Assembly (NCBI GenBank): GCA_038321865.1
Contig: JBBQFH010000011.1
Location: forward strand, 17,651 to 81,650
Reading direction: 5' to 3'
Length of the DNA stretch: 64,000 bases
Source: Gemmatimonadales bacterium
Lineage (GTDB): Bacteria; Gemmatimonadota; Gemmatimonadetes; Gemmatimonadales; GWC2-71-9
Of this stretch, positions 50,276-59,646 are shown piece after piece. Made by a program: the position numbers and the translations under genes. Position 1 is the stretch's first letter. The number at the start of each line of letters is the position of its first letter. Under the pieces are notes generated by a model. It did no database searches and was not told the origin of the DNA. It saw only the letters and a program-made list of their open reading frames with translations.

Positions 50276-53260
50276 TCAGCGGAACTGGTCCAGCCGGCTC
50301 CGGATCCGCGGGAGCAGCTCGTCCGCCCGGAAGGGCTTCGGGATGAAGTCCGCGCCCTGGGCCAGCAGTCCCCGGCGCATGACCTCGTCACTGGTGTAGC
50401 CGGAGGTGTAGACCACGGGAAGCGTGGGATCGAGCTCCGCCAGCGCCTCCCCGAGCGCCCGCCCTCCCTGGCTGGGCATCACCACGTCGGTGAGCACCAG
50501 ATCGATGTCGTGCCCCGCCGCGCGAGCCGCCCTGAACGCCGCGAGCGCGCGCTCGCCGTCGGACGCCTCCACCACGTCATAGCCGGCATCGCGCAGCAGC
50601 CTGCCGGTGTAGGCGAGCACCACCGGCTCGTCATCCACGACCAAAATGCGCTCCGGCCCGCCGCGGACCTGGCCGTGTACCCCGTCCGTCGCCGCTCCGG
50701 CCGCGGCGGCGGCATCGGGCGCCGTGACTTCGGCCAGCACGATTCGAATCGTCGTGCCTGCGCCCGGCTCGCTTTCGATCCAGACGTGGCCGCCGCTCTG
50801 CTGCACGATGCCGTGCACGACGGAGAGCCCCAGCCCAGTGCCCTGGCCCACCGGCTTGGTGGTGAAGAAGGGCTCGAAGACGCGGGCCCGCGTGTCGCGA
50901 TCCATCCCGATGCCGCTATCGCTCACGCTGAGCTGGACGTACTTCCCGGGCGCAAGCTGCGGGCTGCCGTGATTGCCCACCCAATCCGGGTCCACGTCGA
51001 TGCGCTCGACCCGCATCTCGAGCCACCCATCGGGCGGCAGCGCGTCCCGCGCGTTGAGCGTGAGGTTGACAAGCACCTGTTCGAGCTGGGCGCGGTCGGC
51101 ATGTACCAGTGCGCGGCCGCCGGACTGCACCGGCATGAGCCGACGATCGGGTCCGAGCGCCTGCCGGATGATCGGCGCGAAGTCGGTCACCACCTCCGCC
51201 AGGTCGAGGTCCACCTGGCGGAGCACCTGTCGCCGGCTGCAGGCGAGGAGCTGCTGGGTGATGCCGGCTGCCCGCTCCGCCGACTGCTTCACGAATTCGG
51301 CGTCCTGACGGGCCGGATGCTCGTCGTCCAGCCGCTGGAGGATGAAGGAGTTGAAGCCGACGACGCCCTGCAGCGCATTGTTGATCTCATGGGCCACGCC
51401 GCCGGCGAGCCGCCCCACCGCCTCGAGCCGCTGCGAGGCCTGCACCTGACTCTCGACCCGCCGCCGCTCGGTGAGATCCAGGACGTAGAACACCCCCGTC
51501 CGGCCGTCCTCGTCAAGACGGGTTCCGCCGACCAGCACCGGCACCCGCGAGCCGTCCTTTCGCCAGAACTCCTTCTCGTAGGACCGGCTCACACCGGTCT
51601 CGGTCAGCTCGCGGTCTGCCTGCTGATCGAGGTGCCGGAACTCCTGCGGCGTGAGGTTGGTGTCCCAGCGGAGCTCTCCGGCTTCGATGTCCTCCTGGCT
51701 GTAGCCCAGCAGGCTGGCGAGCGCCGTGTTGGCGCCGGTGATCCGGCCTTCCCGGTCGTAGAAGCCGATGCCGATCAGCGGCGACTCGACTACCCGGCGA
51801 AGCCGGCTCTCGCTGGCCCGGAGCGCCTGCTCCGCCTGGCGCCGCTGGGTAATGTCGGCCTTGGTGACGCCGACCCACCGAATCTCGCCGGTGGCATCGC
51901 GGACCGGAAAGCAGCTGACGAGCAGATTGTGCCGGCCGCCGTTCGGCGCGGGCACCGACACCTCGTGATCGAGCAGCGGTTCCCCGGACTCGAACACCCG
52001 GCGGTGCAGCGGCTCCAGCACCGGCGCCCACGTCGGCAGCACGTCCCGGATCGGCCGGTTGAGGTGCGCGTCGACCGGCACGCCGTGGAGCGCGGCGAGG
52101 GTCGGATTCACGTGCACGTACCGCATCTCACGGTCGACGAATGCCTGGCCCACCGGTGACGCGGCCAGCACCGCGTTGAGCATGTTGGCGCTTTCCACCG
52201 TCTGGCGATGCCGGCGCGCGTTGTCCACCGCCACCCCCGCGCGCTGGCCCAGCGCCTCCGCCAGCCGGAGCTCCGTCGTCGTGTAGTGCCGCCCCGAGTC
52301 GGACATCAACAGGCTCAGGACGCCGAACACCTCTCCGTGCGCCGCGAGCGGCACTGCGAGGTAGGAGGCGAGGCCCAGGTCGCGGATGATCTCGATGAAC
52401 TCGGGTTCGCGCGTGCTGGCGTCGAACATCTCTGGCGTGATCTCGGGCACGAATGCCGATTGCCCGCTCCGAAGGACGGCATAGGGTCCGTCCATATCGT
52501 CCGGCCGGGCAGGAAAGCGGCGCTCGAGCTCGCGGGCCCAGGCTTCCTTCGCCGGATCCACGTGCGTCAGCGCGATGCGCCGGAGCGTCCCGTCGTCTTG
52601 GGCGAGATCGATCGTGCACCAGTCCGCCAGCGCGGGGACGGCCAGCCGCGCCAGGTTCGCGAGCGTCGCCTCGTAATCGAGCGAGGTGCCCAGCGCCGCA
52701 CTGGCGTCGCTGAGGAACCTGAGGGCCGTCTCCCCCTGCGCCAGCTCCGTGACCAGCCGGGTGGCCCGCGATGCTTCTTCCTCGGCCCGGAGCGATTCCT
52801 CGTCCGCTCGCGCCGCTTCTTCTTCGGCCTGTGCTGCGGCATCCTCGGCGATGTCGCGGAGGCGCCGATTCTCCTCGGCGCGCGTCTCCGCCAGCGTCCG
52901 AGCGCGATGCTCGCTTGCGCCCATCGCCGTCACGCCCAGCCCGACCATGACGAAGAGCGACAGCCCGACGAAGCTGACCGGAGTCGAAGGTGCCAGATGA
53001 CTCACGGGGACCAGAAAGAAATAGTCGGCGGCGGGTGCGCTGAGGAGGAGCACGAGCAGGGTCGGCCGGGGCCCAAGCGCCCAGGCCGCGACGAAGACGG
53101 CGGGAAAGAATGTCACGAACGGCAGCTCGACCCGGCCGATGAGCGGCACCAGCAGCTCGCGGAGCCCGGTCGCGACGAGCACCAGGGCCACGGCCGCGCC
53201 GTATGCCAGCAACGGCCGCGCGCGGAGCGGAGTACGGGTGGGGCGGGGGACGGGATTCAT
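50276..53260 (-). CDS. Membrane hybrid kinase (DUF4118-like TM, coiled coil, GAF, PAS, PAS, HisKA, HATPase, REC)
   Basis: PFVTFFPAV membrane domain, SLDYEATL, GGVAHEINN, FEPFFTTK, TDVVMP; start at MNPVPR inferred. Confidence 0.9.
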   Translation of the reverse strand: MNPVPRPTRTPLRARPLLAYGAAVALVLVATGLRELLVPLIGRVELPFVTFFPAVFVAAWALGPRPTLLVLLLSAPAADYFFLVPVSHLAPSTPVSFVGLSLFVMVGLGVTAMGASEHRARTLAETRAEENRRLRDIAEDAAAQAEEEAARADEESLRAEEEASRATRLVTELAQGETALRFLSDASAALGTSLDYEATLANLARLAVPALADWCTIDLAQDDGTLRRIALTHVDPAKEAWARELERRFPARPDDMDGPYAVLRSGQSAFVPEITPEMFDASTREPEFIEIIRDLGLASYLAVPLAAHGEVFGVLSLLMSDSGRHYTTTELRLAEALGQRAGVAVDNARRHRQTVESANMLNAVLAASPVGQAFVDREMRYVHVNPTLAALHGVPVDAHLNRPIRDVLPTWAPVLEPLHRRVFESGEPLLDHEVSVPAPNGGRHNLLVSCFPVRDATGEIRWVGVTKADITQRRQAEQALRASESRLRRVVESPLIGIGFYDREGRITGANTALASLLGYSQEDIEAGELRWDTNLTPQEFRHLDQQADRELTETGVSRSYEKEFWRKDGSRVPVLVGGTRLDEDGRTGVFYVLDLTERRRVESQVQASQRLEAVGRLAGGVAHEINNALQGVVGFNSFILQRLDDEHPARQDAEFVKQSAERAAGITQQLLACSRRQVLRQVDLDLAEVVTDFAPIIRQALGPDRRLMPVQSGGRALVHADRAQLEQVLVNLTLNARDALPPDGWLEMRVERIDVDPDWVGNHGSPQLAPGKYVQLSVSDSGIGMDRDTRARVFEPFFTTKPVGQGTGLGLSVVHGIVQQSGGHVWIESEPGAGTTIRIVLAEVTAPDAAAAAGAATDGVHGQVRGGPERILVVDDEPVVLAYTGRLLRDAGYDVVEASDGERALAAFRAARAAGHDIDLVLTDVVMPSQGGRALGEALAELDPTLPVVYTSGYTSDEVMRRGLLAQGADFIPKPFRADELLPRIRSRLDQFR

Positions 53261-53413
53261 CGAACCGGGCACATGACCTCGGGCAGCGGGGACCGGGCGG
53301 GGAATATATCGCGGTCGGGTCGCGTGCCGCGCGGTATTGACGGGCGCGGGCCCGGCTCGTAACGTCCTCTGCTCCCCGTGACCGCCCGACCCTCGAAGAC
53401 GAAGGAGTTTGTC

Positions 53414-53953
53414 ATGATCACAGGAACGGCCAGCCGCCTGGCCGGCATGGTGGTACTGGTGCTCGCCGCGCAGGCATGCGAGAAGAAGGCGCCGGATACG
53501 GCTGCCATGACCGACACCACCATGACCGCGACCACCCCGCCGGCCCCGGCCACGATGGCGCCTCCGGCCGAGCTCAAGGCCCAGTCGGATGCCATGATCG
53601 CGGCGTGGAATCAGAAGGATCCGGCGAAGCCGGCGGCGTTCTTCACGGCGGATGCCACAGTGCACGCGGACACCGCCACCTACACCGGCGCCGCTGATAT
53701 TTCCAAGCGGTGGATCAAGCCCGGCCTGCCGATGCTGAGCGACCTTGCCGTCAGCGACCAGAGCTTCACCGGCTCCGGCGACATGATGACCGAGACGGGC
53801 AAGTACACCGAGAAAATGACCGAGCCGAAGAAGGCGGCGGTGAACGTCGCGGGAACCTACACCGCCACCTGGACCAGGGTCGGCGCCGACTGGAAGGTCA
53901 AGGACCTCACCGTGCATTCCGACATGCCGATGGCGGCCCCGAAGCCGAACTGA
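53414..53953 (+). CDS. NTF2/SnoaL-like (DUF4440-type) lipoprotein
   Basis: AAGGAG RBS, lipobox AQAC, AWNQKD...FTADA, ETGKY, WKV. Confidence 0.78.
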   Translation: MITGTASRLAGMVVLVLAAQACEKKAPDTAAMTDTTMTATTPPAPATMAPPAELKAQSDAMIAAWNQKDPAKPAAFFTADATVHADTATYTGAADISKRWIKPGLPMLSDLAVSDQSFTGSGDMMTETGKYTEKMTEPKKAAVNVAGTYTATWTRVGADWKVKDLTVHSDMPMAAPKPN

Positions 53954-53954
53954 C

Positions 53955-55118
53955 TCAGCGGATCGCCTGCACCACGATTGACTTCGACGCTCGGCGGGCC
54001 GGAAAGAAGCCGCCGAGCGTTCCCATCACCACCGCGAAGACGAGTCCCGCCAGCAGCAGTCCCGGCGTGATCCGGAAGCTGAACGCGATCTCGCTGAAGC
54101 TGGCCCAATTGGTCGTGCTGGTCACGATGCCGTTCATCGGCAGCGCCAGCAGGCACCCCGCCACGCCGCCCACCAGTGCGATCAGCGCCGACTCCGCCAG
54201 GAAGCTGGCGAGGATGCTGCGCGGCCGGAATCCGAGGGTCAGCAGGACCGCGATCTCCGGCGCGCGCGACGACACCGCGGCGTACATCGTGTTCACGGCG
54301 CCGAAGATCGCGCCGACCGCCATGATCGCCGTGATCATGATCGCCAGGATCCGGAGGATGCGGCCCAGCAGCTCCGACTGCTTGGCGTAGAACGCCGACT
54401 CCCGGTACACGTCCACGGTCATCCGCTTATCGGCTTCGAGGGTGCGCTTGGCCTCGTCGAACGCCGCCGGATCGGCCAGCCGGAACGACAGCGACTGAAA
54501 CCCCTCCCGCCGCATTGCCGGGATGATCTGTTCGTTCTCCCCCCAGATCTCCGATTCGAACGCCGAGCCGCCGGCCCCGAAGTGACAGGTGACGGTCCAG
54601 GGCCGCCCGGCGAAGCGCATCGTCTCGCCCACGCCGGTGCCGCCGAACCGCCCGACCAGCCGGTTGCCGACGCAGATCTCGTTCTTTCCCGCGGCCGGCC
54701 GCCGGCCCTCGGTGAGCTGCACGTTGGCGCGCACCGTCCACGCCTGGTCGCTGACGCCGCGTACCACCACGTTGGCCAGCTGGGTCGTGTCCCCCATGCG
54801 GCCGAGCGGGATGATCACGTAGGCCTCGGGACTCGCCAGCGCACGGCCGTCGGCGCCGCGCGCGATGTGGGGTGACGCGGTCAGGATGCTCACCGACTCG
54901 CGATCGAGCCCGCTCGACATCTCGGAGTCGGCGCCCTTCCGCAGCACCAGCACGTTCCGGTCCGAGCCGGTGCGCCTGAGTGCGGCGGCGAAGCCGTTGG
55001 CCAGCGCCAGCATGCCGATGAACACGGCGACCACGAGGGCGATTCCCAGTGCCGTGAGCGCGGTCGAGACCGGCCGGCCCAGCATGCTGCGGACGTTGTA
55101 GCTGAGGGGGATCTTCAT
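53955..55118 (-). CDS. ABC transporter permease (MacB/FtsX type)
   Basis: ESEIWG, NTMYAAVSSR..EIA.L.TLGF, FFPARRA. Confidence 0.9.
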   Translation of the reverse strand: MKIPLSYNVRSMLGRPVSTALTALGIALVVAVFIGMLALANGFAAALRRTGSDRNVLVLRKGADSEMSSGLDRESVSILTASPHIARGADGRALASPEAYVIIPLGRMGDTTQLANVVVRGVSDQAWTVRANVQLTEGRRPAAGKNEICVGNRLVGRFGGTGVGETMRFAGRPWTVTCHFGAGGSAFESEIWGENEQIIPAMRREGFQSLSFRLADPAAFDEAKRTLEADKRMTVDVYRESAFYAKQSELLGRILRILAIMITAIMAVGAIFGAVNTMYAAVSSRAPEIAVLLTLGFRPRSILASFLAESALIALVGGVAGCLLALPMNGIVTSTTNWASFSEIAFSFRITPGLLLAGLVFAVVMGTLGGFFPARRASKSIVVQAIR

Positions 55119-56257
55119 TCGACGTTCCTCAGCGCGGCCACCACGGGAAGCCGTGCGGCCCGGACGGCGGGCGCGATGCCGCTCGCCAGCATCAGGAGGA
55201 GCGCGATCCCGCCCCCGAGGAGCAGGGTGGCCGTCGTGACGTCGAAGCCGGGGAGGAAGCCGGCCCCGTTGAAGTTGGTCGCGCGATAGAGCAGCTTGGC
55301 CGCGCCGAGGCCGAGCACGGCGCCGGTCACGGTAATCAGGCCGGCCTCGAGCATCACCAGGCCGAAGAGGCGCCGGTCGGTGAAGCCGATCGTCTTGAGC
55401 ACGGCCAGCTCGCGGGTGCGCTCGCGGGCGCTCATCATCATCGCGTTGGCGGTCACCAGCAGGATCGCGAAGACGACCGCCATCCCGATCGTGTTCATGA
55501 GCAGGCTGACGTTGCCCCACATCGTGGCGAAGCTGGCGTTGAACGCCTGTTCGGTGCCGGTCTTGGTGGGCGAGCTGGAGTTTCGGAACAGATCGTCCAC
55601 CGTCTTCGCGATGCGGGGGGCGTTTTCCGGCCGGTCGATCTGCGTGATGTACCAGCCGGCCAGCCCCTTCCGCCCGCTCTTCTCATCGAGATAGTCGAAG
55701 TGGAACATCATCGCGTCGTCGTTGATGGCCTTGTCGGTCGGCGTGTAGATGCCGCGGACGGTGAAGACCCAGTCACCGGGGAAGATCGTGCCCCGGAGCG
55801 TGATGTTCTGGCCCACCTTCCAGCCGAACAGGCTCACCAGCCGCGCACCGATCAGCGCGCCGGAGCGGTCGGCGAGGAAGGCGGCCTTCTGGTCGGGCGG
55901 CACCGACATCTCGGGGTACAGGTCGAGGTAGCTGGCGGCGTCCACCGCGAAGTTGGCGAAGAAGCGCTTCCCGTCGCCGTACTGGCCGCCGAACCAGTTG
56001 GCCCAGGTCACCTTCTCGACCCCTGGAATCGTCTGCAGGCGATTGGCGTAGGACACCGGGAGCGGAAAGACGAGGCCGGTCGCATTGGTGGTGACCAGCC
56101 GCCGCCCGCTGCCGAACTGGGCGGTGGCGCGGAGGGTCGTCACCACCGTGCGGAGCGAGGCGAAGAGGAAGAGCGCGAGGGCCACGCTCGCCATCGTGAG
56201 AAACGTGCGCCGCTTGTGGCGCAGCAGGTTGGCGCGGAGCAGCGTGAAGAATTTCAT
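55115..56257 (-). CDS. ABC transporter permease (MacB/FtsX type)
   Basis: NLLRHKRRT, WFGG, ERTRELAVLKTIGF. Confidence 0.9.
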   Translation of the reverse strand: MKFFTLLRANLLRHKRRTFLTMASVALALFLFASLRTVVTTLRATAQFGSGRRLVTTNATGLVFPLPVSYANRLQTIPGVEKVTWANWFGGQYGDGKRFFANFAVDAASYLDLYPEMSVPPDQKAAFLADRSGALIGARLVSLFGWKVGQNITLRGTIFPGDWVFTVRGIYTPTDKAINDDAMMFHFDYLDEKSGRKGLAGWYITQIDRPENAPRIAKTVDDLFRNSSSPTKTGTEQAFNASFATMWGNVSLLMNTIGMAVVFAILLVTANAMMMSARERTRELAVLKTIGFTDRRLFGLVMLEAGLITVTGAVLGLGAAKLLYRATNFNGAGFLPGFDVTTATLLLGGGIALLLMLASGIAPAVRAARLPVVAALRNVE

Positions 56258-56949
56258 CGCGCCACCGCTTCCGCCGCCTGCTCGACGAACGTCCCCTTCT
56301 CCAGGTGCAGCTCGCGCTTCGCGCGGCCGGCCGCCTGCGGGTCGTGGGTGACGATCATGATCGTCTTGCCGAACTCGTCGTTCAGCCGGCCGAGCAGTGC
56401 CAGCACCTCCTGCGAGCTCTTCGCGTCGAGCTGGCCCGTCGGCTCATCCAGCAGCACGAGCGTCGGGTCGGCCACGATGGCCCGCGCGATGGCCACGCGC
56501 TGTTCCTGTCCGCCGGAGAGCTGGCGGGGATAGTGCTCCAGCCGGTCGTCGAGCCCCACCACGCCGAGGGCGATGCGGATCCGCTCGTCGCGCTCCTTCT
56601 TCGAGAGCCGGGTGAGGAGCAGCGGCAGCTCGACGTTCTGGTAGGCGGTGAGCACCGGCAGCAGGTTGAACTGCTGGAAGACGAATCCCACGTGGCGCGC
56701 GCGCCAGCCGGCGAGCTGGGCCGCCGTCATCGCGCTCACCTCTTCGCCGCCGACCCGGACGGTGCCGCTGGTAGGCCGGTCGAGCCCGGCGATCAGGTTG
56801 AGCAGGGTGGACTTGCCGGAGCCCGACGGCCCCATCAGCGCGGTGAAGCTGCCCTGCTCGATGTCCATGGACAGCCCGGTGAACACCTCGATCCGCTCGG
56901 CATCGCGGCTGAAGTGCTTGTAGACGTCGCGGATTTCGACCAGCGCCAT
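56254..56949 (-). CDS. ABC transporter ATP-binding protein (MacB/LolD type)
   Basis: GPSGSGKST, LSGGQEQR, LLDEPTG, VTHD. Confidence 0.95.
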   Translation of the reverse strand: MALVEIRDVYKHFSRDAERIEVFTGLSMDIEQGSFTALMGPSGSGKSTLLNLIAGLDRPTSGTVRVGGEEVSAMTAAQLAGWRARHVGFVFQQFNLLPVLTAYQNVELPLLLTRLSKKERDERIRIALGVVGLDDRLEHYPRQLSGGQEQRVAIARAIVADPTLVLLDEPTGQLDAKSSQEVLALLGRLNDEFGKTIMIVTHDPQAAGRAKRELHLEKGTFVEQAAEAVAR

Positions 56950-56976
56950 GGCTCAGCTCCTCGTTGATGGGTCGGA

Positions 56977-58221
56977 CTACTTCACCTTCACCCGCATCCC
57001 GGCCTCTGGCGTCTCCACTCCGCCGGTCACCACCATCTCGCCGCCGGCCAGCCCGCGGCGGATCTCCCGGAAGTCGGCGCTCACCGGCCCGGCATCCACC
57101 TCGCGCGGCTCCAGCCGGCCGTCGCGTACCAGCCAGACCACCGTCTTCCCGCCGTCCTCCCGCACCGCCGCCGCCGGAAGCCGGAAGCGCGGCGGGCCCG
57201 ATGGTGCCGCCTTTCCGCCCGACGAGTCCGCCGCGGCGATGAAATCCACGCGGGCACCCATCTCGGGCAGGATGCGCGGATCGTGGTCCAGGATCGCGAC
57301 CTTGACCTGCACCGTCGCCCGCTGGCGGTCCGCCGTCGGCACCACCTGGCGGACGCTCCCCCGGAAGGCGGTGTCGGGATAGGCATCGAGGGTGATCCGC
57401 GCCGCCTGATCACCGCGCACCCGGCCGATGTACGCCTCGTTGACGTCCACCTCGACCTCGAGCGTGGTGAGATCGGCCATCGTGACCACCGCCCCGCGGG
57501 TGAGTCCGCCCCCGACCGACGGTGCCACCACCTCGCCGACCTCCGCCTCCTTCCGGAGCACCGTCCCGCTGAAGGGCGCCCGGATGTAGGTGTTCTCGAC
57601 GGTGGCCTCCGCGTAGCGGAGCTGCGCCTGAGCCGCGTCCACCCGTGCGCGCGCCGAGCCGGCCCGCGCCCCCGCCTGCGCCGCCCGGCTGACCGCGATC
57701 TCGGCGTCCTGCGCCGACAGCAGCTCCGGCTTGTCGGCGCGGATCTGTGCGGTGCGCCGCCCCTCGCGCGCCGCCTGGTCGCGCTCCGTCTCGGCCTCCA
57801 GCAGGGTCGCGCGCGCGCTCGCGACGTTGGCCCGCGCTTCGGCGACGGCGGCCACGTAGTCGGCATTCTCCAGCCGCGCGATCACGTCGCCCTTCTTCAC
57901 GAGCGACCCGCCGTCCACGGTGAGCGAGGCGAGCCGGCCCGGGATCTTGGCCGCGACCGCCGCGCGGGTCCGCGCCACGACGTACCCGTTCGCCGTGACC
58001 GACGTGGCGCCTGCCGTCCCGCGGCCCCCGCCGGAGAGTGGTGCCGCGATCGTGGTCTGCACCACCGGCGCCCGCCGGTTCCGGGAATAGAGGAACAGCG
58101 CGACGGCGATGGCGGCGACGCCGCCGACCAGCAGCAGCGTCCGCCCGAACGCGCGGCGCACCGCCGGTGGCGGATCGCGGTCGATGCGGAGCTTGCCAAG
58201 GTCGTGCGATGGATTGGACAC
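56977..58221 (-). CDS. Periplasmic adaptor (MacA-like) of the ABC exporter
   Basis: One TM helix, ANGYVVA, IRAPFSG, EVDVNE, ILPEMGARV; GTG start inferred. Confidence 0.88.
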   Translation of the reverse strand: MSNPSHDLGKLRIDRDPPPAVRRAFGRTLLLVGGVAAIAVALFLYSRNRRAPVVQTTIAAPLSGGGRGTAGATSVTANGYVVARTRAAVAAKIPGRLASLTVDGGSLVKKGDVIARLENADYVAAVAEARANVASARATLLEAETERDQAAREGRRTAQIRADKPELLSAQDAEIAVSRAAQAGARAGSARARVDAAQAQLRYAEATVENTYIRAPFSGTVLRKEAEVGEVVAPSVGGGLTRGAVVTMADLTTLEVEVDVNEAYIGRVRGDQAARITLDAYPDTAFRGSVRQVVPTADRQRATVQVKVAILDHDPRILPEMGARVDFIAAADSSGGKAAPSGPPRFRLPAAAVREDGGKTVVWLVRDGRLEPREVDAGPVSADFREIRRGLAGGEMVVTGGVETPEAGMRVKVK

Positions 58222-58372
58222 GGAGAGCGAATATACGCCGAAGCGCGGGGGGCGCCACTGCTCGGCGCCGCGAAGTTTCCTGACCACTGGCGTTCGGGGG
58301 CTCGCATTGCGATTGTTGCGATGGCGCCGGTGCGCGTCGCGGGTGAACGGTCAACGAGGAGAAGGGTCCGTG

Positions 58373-59068
58373 ATGGCAGCCGTCAGTGACAACGTGGAAG
58401 CGGAGCGGCTCGCGGCGCTCCGCAGCTACGAAATTCTCGATACTCCGGCCGACGGCGCGTTTGATCGCATCGCCTCGCTCGCGGCCCGCTACTTCGATGT
58501 GCCGATCGCGCTCGTCACCCTGGTGGACGAGGACCGGATCTGGTTCAAGTCGCGCCACGGCCTCGACGCGGAGCAGATTCCGCGTGCGCCCGGACTCTGC
58601 GCGTCGGCCATCCTCAGCGACGACGCCTACGTCGTCAGGAACGCGATCGAGGACATCCGCACCCTCGCCAACCCGCTGGTCGCCGGCGAGATGGGCATCC
58701 GCTTCTACGCGGCGGCGCCGCTGATCACCCACGACGGGTACCGCCTGGGCACGCTCAACATCATCGATTTCAAGCCGCGGGAGTTCGACACTCAGTCAGC
58801 GGAAGCGCTGACGCAATTCGCCGGACTGGTCATGGACCAGATGGACCTCAGGATCTCGGCACGCAAGGCGATCCGGAGCCTGTCCCAGATCGTCGGTCAC
58901 GCCAAGGACGTGTCCGGGCTGGAGAAGCTCGTGACCGTGTCGGCATGGAGCCGGCGGATTCAGGTGGACGGGGAATGGATTTCGTTCGAACAGTTCCTCA
59001 CCAACTCGCTCGGCGTCACGATCACGCACGGCATCGATCCCGAGACTGTCCGGCAGCTGCAGCAATGA
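58373..59068 (+). CDS. GAF-domain protein with a short C-terminal tail and no catalytic output domain
   Basis: ERLAALRSYEILDT, WFKSRHG, IRFYAAAPL...LGTL. Confidence 0.85.
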   Translation: MAAVSDNVEAERLAALRSYEILDTPADGAFDRIASLAARYFDVPIALVTLVDEDRIWFKSRHGLDAEQIPRAPGLCASAILSDDAYVVRNAIEDIRTLANPLVAGEMGIRFYAAAPLITHDGYRLGTLNIIDFKPREFDTQSAEALTQFAGLVMDQMDLRISARKAIRSLSQIVGHAKDVSGLEKLVTVSAWSRRIQVDGEWISFEQFLTNSLGVTITHGIDPETVRQLQQ

Positions 59069-59388
59069 GACGAGTGCTGGCGACCCTGCTGCTCGGGCTT
59101 CCGGCCTGCCAGGGCGGTCTCCCGCCGTGGACCGTCGTGTCTCCGGCCTACACCCGGTCCATTTCGCAGTTCCGCCTCACCGGAGACGTTCGCCACCTCG
59201 ATCTCGAGGGCGGCGTCTACGTCATTCACGGCGACGACAGCGTGACCTACGCCCCGACCAACCTCCCCGCCGCATTCCGGCGGGAGGGACTGCACGTCGA
59301 AGCCGACGCCCGGCGGCAGGAGCAGGCGGTGGGGATTCACCAGGTCGGGCATGTAATAGAGGTGCTGCGGATTCGGGGGCGGCCGTAG
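59065..59388 (+). CDS. Small hypothetical lipoprotein
   Basis: ATGA overlap, lipobox LPAC, LEGG...PTNLP..F..EGL. Confidence 0.62.
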   Translation: MRRVLATLLLGLPACQGGLPPWTVVSPAYTRSISQFRLTGDVRHLDLEGGVYVIHGDDSVTYAPTNLPAAFRREGLHVEADARRQEQAVGIHQVGHVIEVLRIRGRP

Positions 59389-59427
59389 GGCGCTTGCGTC
59401 GGGGTGTGGTGATCCGGGTGGGTCGCT

Positions 59428-59558
59428 GTGTCGTCGGCGGCTAAAGCCGCCACTCGGCACGGGGCCCTGAAGGGCCGTCACTGCTCCTGGCGCCGCTGGA
59501 CGCTCCGACGGCGCTTTAGCGCCCCACGCCGAGCGGCGGCTTCAGCCGCCGATAACAC
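59428..59558. repeat. REP/REPIN-like nested inverted repeat
   Basis: 52-nt arms (59428-59479 and 59507-59558) match at 43/52 positions; each arm holds two tetraloop hairpins. Confidence 0.8.
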
Positions 59559-59646
59559 CGATGCCAAGCCCGCCTGCACCTCGCACTGGAGTCAGGCATG
59601 AACCGAACCCCATCCGCTGACGAGCTGATGCGCCCGAGTCGTTCGT

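Noticed and set aside
53261..53917. Apparent 1213-aa length of the kinase ORF 50276-53917
   Set aside because: The extension is antisense to the NTF2-like lipoprotein gene; the kinase more plausibly starts at 53260.
59428..59558. CRISPR array, tRNA or attC interpretation of the palindromic element
   Set aside because: Repeats are inverted, not direct with unique spacers; no cloverleaf, cas gene or integrase was seen.
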